This document shows, in pieces, positions 54,771 to 64,000 of a stretch of 64,000 nt of DNA. The stretch comes from Eledone cirrhosa. Lineage: Eukaryota. Below the pieces are notes generated by a model, which saw only the letters and a list, made by a program, of their open reading frames with translations, did not search any database and was not told the origin of the DNA. The first letter of the stretch is position 1. Every line of letters starts with the position of its first letter. Made by a program: the position numbers and the translations under genes. The stretch covers positions 112,034,001 through 112,098,000 of the forward strand of contig OZ024743.1 in assembly GCA_964016885.1 (NCBI GenBank), read 5' to 3'.

Positions 54771-54854
54771 CGGTTTCAACACACGATTTCAGATAAAGAA
54801 TCTTGCTAAACAAATTCAGAAACGAAATATATATATATATATATATATATCGAC

Positions 54855-54918
54855 CTCAAAATCCGTTAGGTGAAACACGTGTCCCCGAAGTTGGTTTATT
54901 AATATGTTGTCGAACTAA

Positions 54919-54921
<3 letters not shown>
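54855..54921 (+). ncRNA. 3' half hammerhead in a TA-flanked fragment
   Basis: aatccgttaggt-GAAA-cacgtg-TC-cccg; homologous to 34949-35010. Confidence 0.5.
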
Positions 54922-54966
<45 letters not shown>

Positions 54967-55184
54967 GGGGTGGGGGTGTATTTGTGTGGGGGAGGGGGGT
55001 GTAAGAGTAGAATATTGTAGGGTTATATCTGTACTAATAGACCATTCAGTAGATGGGACGAGTTTGGTAGAAGTAGTTCCACGACAGTTATATTTATTTT
55101 GGCTATAAGATATGAAATTAGAATCTAGCAGATAGATTTGTATTTCATATCTTATATCCAAAATAAAGATTCTCTCTAACGAGC

Positions 55185-55227
55185 GGTATCAGACGTTTCT
55201 GTTAGAATCGTCTAACTTCGTGAAACC
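55185..55227 (-). ncRNA. Degenerate hammerhead
   Basis: Minus strand reads ttcACGA-a gttaga cgat tctaac a-GAAA-cg-TC-tgatacc; the core 5' part is decayed. Confidence 0.4.
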
Positions 55228-55379
55228 TTGGATAATGGAATAATTATATTGTGTTGTTTATTATATGTATATATATATGTGTATATATATATGTATATAT
55301 ATATGTATATATGTATATATATATATATATATTCATATGTATATGTGTATATATATATTTGTGTATATTTGTGTATATA

Positions 55380-55410
<31 letters not shown>

Positions 55411-55448
55411 GTATATGTGTGTATATATATATGTATATACATATATTA

Positions 55449-55493
<45 letters not shown>

Positions 55494-55523
55494 CATACAT
55501 ATATATATATATATATACATACA

Positions 55524-55563
<40 letters not shown>

Positions 55564-55598
55564 CATACATATATATATATATATATATACATACATAT

Positions 55599-55668
<70 letters not shown>

Positions 55669-56559
55669 ATATTTTCACTTTAGGTGATCTGATGGTTAAT
55701 TGGTTGCAAGTCATATTGATTTTTGTTGATATATCTAATTACTAGATCCACTCCAGTAGGATTTGAGTAACATGACGTATGACATGATTTGCTGTACAAT
55801 CTATGAGTCTCGTGGTAACGTAATTTCGTGAATTTATTAATATATTTACTCCTAGTAATAATTCTAGTGGAGTGCTTCAATTAAAGACGCCAGAGAATTA
55901 CCTCCCTTAATGTTCACCTAATTTTGTCAATACAGTCGGATTACAGCCAATTCCCATCAATATGGTGGCAGATACACGAAAGCTAAGCAGTTCAGTACCA
56001 GCCTGGGGAATACCTTTTAAAATGTATTATTCTTTTCCACGTGTTATTAACTGGAAACTACCCATTAAAGATCCACTTCCGACTCCGCGTTGGTGTTGCT
56101 GCTATATACTGGAATACACTCTTATTTACGTAACTGTTACTAGCAGTTCGGCTTTTAGTGAAACTGCAGCTAGTTTGGGTATATATCAATACTTTTAGAT
56201 ATTTATATTGACTGATTGGATTATTGATAGTTTGATACTATTTGTATAAACTGTGTTGATGACCATAATTAATTCGTGAGATATATCAATAATTTTGCTA
56301 TTTTTATTCAAGGATATGCTGGTTACTCGGCTGTTAATTATATTAGTTTTTGTTGATAAACCTAATTAATTAGTTCAATATTACCATTAAACAACCGATT
56401 GTGTAAATAAAGTACACTGTGACTGGATTTCTTCCAGTTAGCATTAAGAATTCTGGTGAGAGGTAAGATGTTGCTATACATGGATGCGCGATGCACGTCG
56501 TGGTAATGTTACTTTGTCAATTTATGAATAAATAAATAAATATATATATATATACACAA

Positions 56560-56612
<53 letters not shown>

Positions 56613-56613
<1 letters not shown>

Positions 56614-57020
56614 GAGGGCAATCCCCAAAGTAAGGTCTCCTTCCCGATATTGCAACTTCCGATATTGCAACTTTTCCGTTGAAATCAGGTGGATGGTGCT
56701 TCGGTAAACCTCAGGAACCAAAGTGCAGAGAACATCCAGAGTGATCCGCCGATCTTTACGCATGTTTTCCTCGGAAGGAGACCTCACTTTGGGGATTGTC
56801 CTCTATATAATAACTGCGCGAAATTCGCAATTGGCGGTAGCGTTCAACGGGAGCTCCATTCTCAACGGCTGCCAAGCCAAGATTGAGCATCCCAGCGAAT
56901 CACGCGCATGCTTGTTTGGGAGTGAAGGAAGCACAAATCACAACAGTGTTGCCAACAGCCGTACGAACAGTCTCTCTGCGTTCCCATCGCTTTGGAGACC
57001 TTACTTTTGGGATTTCCCAC

Positions 57021-57021
<1 letters not shown>
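56613..57021 (-). mobile_element. Rearranged mariner derivative (MITE-like) with three TIR copies
   Basis: TIR cgagggcaatccccaaagtaaggtctcc at 56613, with inverted copies at ~56778-56803 and ~56994-57021. TA flanks. Transposase relic DRRITLD...RSTIH.I..EKLQYRK. Confidence 0.8.
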
Positions 57022-57067
<46 letters not shown>

Positions 57068-60000
57068 TGCATGTCCCTCGATATTTGTTCAGCTATCTCT
57101 TTTCTATTTATTTCTCTCTCGTAATCTGTTTCTGACTCTACAGTTCTTTCCTTCACATTATCTTTTTACTACATATCTATCATCTAATTTTACTTGTATT
57201 CGATCAAAATTTTAAAAAGACAATAGTTATATTTTAAGCGTGATATCGTATAGAAAAAAATAATATTTCCTAGCCATTATGGATGTATCTCGATCACCGC
57301 TGATTTTCGTTCTCAAATCAGCTATTGGCTGCAACTGAATATTTCAATATCGCACTAAAATATGAATTTTAACAGAAAATCATACATTTCTTCCTTTTCA
57401 TTGTATAACAATATGTTCAGTGTTAGTTATATACAACATAGAATAATTTTCTAACATTTAGTTTCTTTAATGTTCACGTTTTTAGAATTCTCTTATAATC
57501 TTCTCTAATGAAAATATACAAATAATTAAATTGTGACGGAAATCTAATTACTCTGTTAAGAATTTAAGAACCCTCTCAAATTTAGCTTGTAAGGAACTTA
57601 TAATCATTTAGCTGTTGGAAATCGCAACTAAATTTCTCTTAAACCAAATTTAATAAATAAATAAATTATTTAGTTGTTTAGTTAATTAATGCTTTGTATC
57701 ATGTAGTCCAAGTTATAATATTCTCCGAATAATAACACCATACCATCGGTGCGCTAGATTTGGATTGACTTAAGATTAAGTTACATCAAGATCAGCATAG
57801 AATTGAACAAATATTCTACAAACCTTCCATCACTTGTCATATTTTGTGCATTTGTCTTAATCATACGATTTACTTGTTTAATTGCTTGATTGACTGTGCG
57901 TTCACACGGTAACTCACAAAATAAAGAAAGTAGCATGGGAGCATGTCCTATTCGTTTATCCTGTCGTCGTATTTTAAAATAATCTCTTTCAAGTGTCTCT
58001 AATTCTTCATTCTCCTACACCTAATCCATTAGAAATTTCAGTGTTTCATCACCTCCTTTCCGGATATTTCTTAAGTTTACTCCAGAGCAAAAAGTAAGAG
58101 AAGTACGTCGAAATTAGGGTCAGAGAAAGGAATGAAGTGTAGAAGGAGTGATGAATATGAGGAAGAAACGAAAAGAAGAAAGTTGGGATGAAGAAGTTAC
58201 GAAAGTATGAAAAAGAAGAGATAAATGGAGGGAGATGGGAATGCAAAATAGAAGAGAAGGATCGAGGGGACTGATTGAAGTGCATGAAAAGTGGAAATGA
58301 AGCAAGTATTCTCGCGTGTATTTCTGATACTTTACTTGTTGTATCCAAAACCTGAAAAACAAACTCCGACAGTATTATAATTCCAAATGTAAATATATAT
58401 TGCTGCTTAACTTTTTTTGGGGTGTGTGGTGGTGGTGGGGGTGGGGGTGGGGGGTGTATGGGGGGGGGGGGGGGGGGGGGGGGTCCTGTTTATTGTCTAA
58501 AATTACTGGGTCCCTCGTGTTTCAAAAATTTGACAGAATATTAAATTACAATGTCACGCAATTAATCTACCAAAAACACGTCTCTATACGATGGTGTGGT
58601 GGTGGATAGATGTCTAAACTTGAACGTGACAGCTAAGTATCTGTGTTATTAAACACATTCTTACGCTGTAACCTTGAAATATATGAAATTTCTTGTGAAT
58701 ATCAATTGAAGTGTTTTTCGTTTATTTTACAGACATTTTCAATTTTAATTTACTTCAAAACACGTTGAGTTTTAATAAGAATAAACAAACAACGAATGTT
58801 CGTTAAATAAATCGTGTCTTCTCTTTTTTTATTTTACTTTTCTAATTAAAGAACTAAAATAGTAAGTCTTCTGCGACCATGGTTACTCAACTTTAGAATC
58901 GGAAAGCATAGTTATAAGAAGCTATTTATGAAAGAAATAATTTCAAAACTAAGAGAATTTATATAATACTACAATGAGAACAAGCAGGCGATAAGCAAAC
59001 ATTCACGATCTTTAAAGGAGCCTGCTGTTTCTGTGTTATTTCAATACACATTATTCATTGCATCTGAGGAGAAATATTTCAAGAAAAATATAATTGCAAA
59101 ATGAAATTTAAATAGCTACTGTCATTTCAAAACGGGAAAAATAAGGAAAAAAAATATAGAAGTAAGGAAATTGACAAAATACAATTTGGTGCATTCAATA
59201 TCATTGAATATCTTTCTTTGAGTACTCACATTCTATAAAATTTTTGAGATCAATTCACTTTTACTATTCGTATTTAAATAATTTTCCCTTCTATATATTT
59301 AACAAATATAAAAATCAAAAACATAATTCATTACCCATTTTATTGATCGTCGTGGTTATTCAAAATTCTATGTCCCTTTTGACAGCTATCGTCTGTTTTG
59401 TTGAAATAAATTCTGAGATGGTGTTTATATAGAAATATGTCTACTCTCTTTTTCTTTATTAAGGTTGTCATGTAAAACTAAGTCGCTTCCATCTTTTCAG
59501 TGTTCAACTCTATAAATGTACTTCCTTTTCATCTTTTGTACCAGTTGTTTATAATCTCATTTGAAGTTATTTTTATAATTGACCCCATCATTTGAAATGT
59601 TATTAAGAAAAACAAGAGAAAATTGAAAAATATAACAAAAAACAGGATAGCAAAATGAAGATAGGACAGAAAATTAAGGTTTTATTAAAAAATATTTAAA
59701 TAAACATATGATTTCAGACACGTTTCTGTTGCGTATTTGTTTATTTATAACTAATTTTTTCATGACTATTTTGTTTCAGAAAAATGTTAATGTATTAATT
59801 TTAAGTAAAATTAAACTATTTCGAAAATAAAAACAAACAGTAAAATCGATTATTCTTGTATGTACTTTATACATGATAGGCTAAGAGCTTCAGTGATGTT
59901 CATGCTTTCTTATATCGCAATTTGAATTGCAATTCTAATAGCAATTTAAATTCATCGATAATTTAAAAGCAGCGCATCTATAAAAAGAATGATTTCTAAT

Positions 60001-60463
60001 GCAGGCAAAGTTGCAGTAAATTGGTGGGAGGTGAAAGTCGATTGTAATGACCCCAGTACTTAAATGAAACTATATTTTGTTGAATTTGTATGCATGAAAC
60101 GTGAAGTTGATCTCGAAAATATTTGAAAAGAAGGGGAACAAATACTGCTAGGCATTACCAATCCACCACTTTTATAATTACAATAATATTGATTTCTAAT
60201 TTAGACACAAGGATAACATACCATCCACACACCCTAAACATACCATATAAATACCATGACTACCACCACTAAAACTATTACAACAACACACTATCACCAC
60301 CACTGCTATAACACATCATTACCGCCACCAGTACTACTATTACTACTGTAATGACCGCTTCAACTTTTACTGTTACTAACAAAACTACTACTGTCATTAC
60401 TTCATCATCCAATAACTATTACCACTACAACAACAAACCATGACCATTAATACGACTAATAAT

Positions 60464-60649
60464 TGTTTCTACTTTTGGCACAAGGCCAGCAATTACCCAG
60501 TACATTACTGGTACTTTTTTTTTATCGACCCCGTAAGGATGAAAGGCAAAGTTAACCTCGGCGGGATTTGAACACAGACCGTAAAGGGACGTAACTATGC
60601 TGGAAAGCATGGCGTCCGACTCTCTACTGATACTGCCAATCCACCGCCC
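60464..60649 (-). mobile_element. Full-length SINE with 17 bp TSD ttaatacgactaataat
   Basis: TSD at 60447-60463 and 60650-60666. Confidence 0.9.
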
Positions 60650-60777
60650 TTAATACGACTAATAATATTAATAACATAGCCCTACTGTTACTAAAAAAGC
60701 TGCTACACTACTACAGACCATCACTACCGCAATCACCCCTACTACTACTATTACTACTACTACAACTACTAGCATGA

Positions 60778-62400
60778 TGAACCGAACGGTTCCGAAAGGT
60801 AACCATTCATTCTCACCACAGAGCGGATGTCGCTGTGCATTGCAGTGAACCACCATCTGAAACTGCGCCCAAAACCGGCGCCCGAAGGACCACCGCTAAG
60901 AATGGTTTCGACTGGACCAAGCTGGTCATTGCGCCACCCATGCCAGGTTTCTTAGCTACCCTCTCTATGATGTACCGCATGGGGTGGCGGTTGTCCTAGA
61001 TGGATCTGTCTGGAATAGTGCATATCTGCGCCTCTTCCACCAGACTCCCGGCGACAGGCGATAACCTTGTCGCTAACACCTTGGCCAACATTTTAAACTC
61101 TATGTTAAGCAGAATGATGGGCCTGAAATTTTCAAAGTAGTCACACTTGTTCGGATCCTTTCTCAGCAGCGCTACGACTCCTCGGCTCACAGAACTGGGA
61201 ATTACTGCCAGTTGCAGTAGACATCTGCCAAAATGTCGCAGAACAAACCTTGCATGTGAACGTAAAGTTTGCAGGGCAGACCATGCAAACCTGCCGATTT
61301 ACTTCTCGTGCATTGAGTCATTGCATCCCATATTTCAGCGGCTATTGTCGGCCTTTCAAAGTACTCCGCCTCTGTCGTCAAGAGCCGCGGCAGACAATCC
61401 TGGTAGGTACTGAAACCATATCGTGATTCGTCCCACCACTGCGTGCGAACAGTTGAGTAACGTGCTGCTGAAAGGCCGCACACATTTGCTTGGGATCAAG
61501 TAATATGCTCCTGTCATGGTGCGCTAGAGACCAGATTATGTCTTTGTTGCCACGCTACGCCTCTGACACTCGGGCCTATTGAACGGCTTTCGGCCGTTCA
61601 TGTCTAAGAGCATGTGCCCTTGTTCTGAAAAGACAGCCTTTGTGCTTAGCTTAGAAGAATTGTTCCAGGGACAATCTTACCACAAGCACGTCGGTTACGA
61701 TGCCTTTTATAAGCGCCTCTTTTAACTTTCTAACAGTCATATTTCTGCCTCTGCTTTTTTTTCTCTATCGCCGCAACCTACTGAACCTAATGGATTCTAT
61801 TCAAATCGCACTTTTCAGGACGAACCCACAACTTGCTGTTGATGACTGCTTCTGTGAAGGCCCGCTTAACTAATTCATTAATCCGGTTTCTGTAGGCTTT
61901 GCGCACCAGGAGCGGCGCGTTCAGTTCCCAGCAGCCTGGTCCCTGTCAGGGGAGTCAATGTTGATCGACCACACATATCACAAATGTGTGGTCTGTGTAG
62001 TTGACTAGCTTGAATTGTGGACAACCTATGCCAGACTAATCAAATTCCCTACAAATATTCTATCTCGATACGATCTGGATGACCCGATGCTGTTTTCTAT
62101 TTCCACATTGACACACTCGGAAAATCCATTCGGTACCTATCAGACAGTTGAAAGCGTCTGAGCAGGTTTGCGAAACGTTTACACCACCCTCCCCTATCCG
62201 CTAGTTTCACACAGCCCCAGCGTGCATCTAAGATCTGTCTAGCTAGTTGTGGTCTTCTCCACAAGAATGTCTCATTATATTCTTCTGGAGAATGTTTCTC
62301 GGATGTTTCCATTCCAATCAGGGGAAATTTTCTTGAGAAGAGAGTACGTTTTTCTATTTATTTGTGTGATCTTTATATATGCGAGCGATAGAAATTTTTG
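60778..62400 (-). pseudogene. L1/Tx1-like LINE ORF2 relic (AP endonuclease end to RT domains)
   Basis: GPGCWELNA, SAGLHGLPC, NFRPIILLNIEFKMLAKVLATRL...Q...IPDRSI and VRMNGYLSEPF, with many stops. Confidence 0.8.
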
Positions 62401-62754
62401 GAATGTAGTGTAGTTCTGTTCTGTACAGGTAGTGCTGTGCTGTATGAAGTTAAGTAGTTTTATGTTTTCGTGCTTATTGCTATGTAGGGCAGGATAGTTG
62501 CATTGTTTTGTTGGATTTGAACTTGTTGTAGCGGATGTGGGTTTGTTTTTATTTGGGTTGTTCTTGGCGTTTGTTGAGGTGTCGATGGTGGCGGCGTTGG
62601 GTTGATGATGGGGATGATGTCGGTTGTGGTGGCAGTGGGGCAGATGATGATGACGATGGTGGTGGCGTTGAAGTTTGGGTTTTTTTTTGTTTGTTAGTTT
62701 CACCCTATTTTTTTTAGGGTAAAGGGAGATATCTCTTCTTTCCCCCCTCATTGA

Positions 62755-62957
62755 TTACTGATTTAGACAAAAGACAAGCAATTTGAGGGAAGGGGAAAGT
62801 CGATGGTATCGACACTACTGGGTGACTGATGCTTTATTTTATCGACCCCGCTGGGATGAAAGGCAAAGTTAACCTCGGCGAGATTTGAAATCAGAAGGCA
62901 AAGGGCCGTAACTCTATGCCACGAAGCAAGCTGTCTGACGCTCTGCCGATTCGGCCA
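62755..62957 (-). mobile_element. SINE copy
   Basis: Reverse complement of the family consensus. Confidence 0.8.
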
Positions 62958-62999
62958 ATCAAAATAATAATAATACATACATACATCACCATCACCACC

Positions 63000-63034
63000 A
63001 ATAATACTACTACTACACACCACCACCACATATT

Positions 63035-63092
<58 letters not shown>

Positions 63093-63671
63093 ATGTACTA
63101 CTACTATATACCATGAACACTATTACTACTAGTACTGCTGCTTCTGCTATAACTACTACACACCATGAGTACCACTAATAATACTACATCTTCTACATAC
63201 CATCAGGTCCACTACCTCCTTTATATTTATGTCTTCTTTTAAATATATATATATTACTTCTCATTTGTCTTCTTCCTTCTCTATTTCTTACTTTTTTCAT
63301 TATTATTCTATTTCTTCTTTTATTTTTCTAATCTCCATCTACTTGTTTCACTTTTTTTCATCATAACCATCGTCATCATCACCGCCATCATAGACTATTT
63401 TATGATTATTCATCAACATCGTCCTCGTTGTCATCAATACACTCATAGTCGCCATCACCAGCCTTCTTCTTCTTCTTCTTCTTCTTCTTCTTCTTCTTCT
63501 TCTTCTTCTTCTTCTTCTTCTACTCCATCTTCCTCTTCTAACACCACCACCACGACTACTACCGCGACGACAATGACGACAACGAACGCCATCACCACCT
63601 CTACTACTACTACCCCTATTACTACTCCTCTTGATTCCCCTCCACCCCACCCCATCCTCCTTCTCCTTCTC

Positions 63672-63728
<57 letters not shown>

Positions 63729-63750
63729 GTGCCTATTATCATTATTATTG
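63000..63750. repeat. Cluster of (CTA)n, (TCT)n and (CAC)n trinucleotide repeats
   Basis: Direct reading. Confidence 0.9.
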
Positions 63751-64000
63751 TTTCCCCTTTATATATCCTACATTCCTTGTTATATCTTATTTCATATTCA
63801 GTCTCCACGTCAATCCCCTTCACCCCCTGCCACTGTTATAATAGGTCTGTCCCTTTTGATGAGTCACTGCTATGTACATAAGAGCACCGTAAGGTATAAA
63901 TGATATCGTAGAATGTATTTAAAGGATAAATCTATCTTCAACACCACCAACACCACCGGCACCACCAGCCGAACCACAAAGACATATCAACCCCACCAAC

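Noticed and set aside
59058-59098. tgcat-CTGAGGA...GAAA-aata-TA-attgca
   Set aside because: Stems II and III are too weak in AT-rich context to distinguish from chance.
63348-63903. Poly-S/T/L/R/E ORFs
   Set aside because: Trinucleotide repeat translations with no domain or splice evidence.

Overview
This is AT-rich, microsatellite-saturated eukaryotic DNA. Its repeat content (a tRNA-derived SINE with a GCCTTTCATCCTTACGGGGTCGATAAAAT core, plus very long TA/CA/AG tracts) suggests an octopus or other cephalopod genome; that assignment is an inference. I found no convincing host gene, and most ORFs in the track are microsatellite artefacts. The window holds decayed transposons: two near-complete Penelope-like elements (RT plus C-terminal GIY-YIG, 8.4-10.8 kb minus and 38.7-40.9 kb plus) and a third endonuclease fragment, mariner and DD37D/maT relics, non-autonomous Helitron-like elements, two 5'-inverted RTE LINE ends, an L1/Tx1 ORF2 relic and many SINEs. 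The main signal is RNA-level. About 18 complete, half or degenerate type I hammerhead ribozyme motifs (CUGANGA...GAAA...UH) can be folded by eye. They sit in PLE pseudo-LTRs and in many short non-coding elements of different families inserted in (TA)n tracts. They include U3-A8 compensatory core variants and possible tandem or nested double hammerheads. These insertions are repeatedly associated with 50-260 bp inverted duplications, some of which copy apparent host sequence. All folds and alignments were done by eye and need computational and biochemical confirmation.
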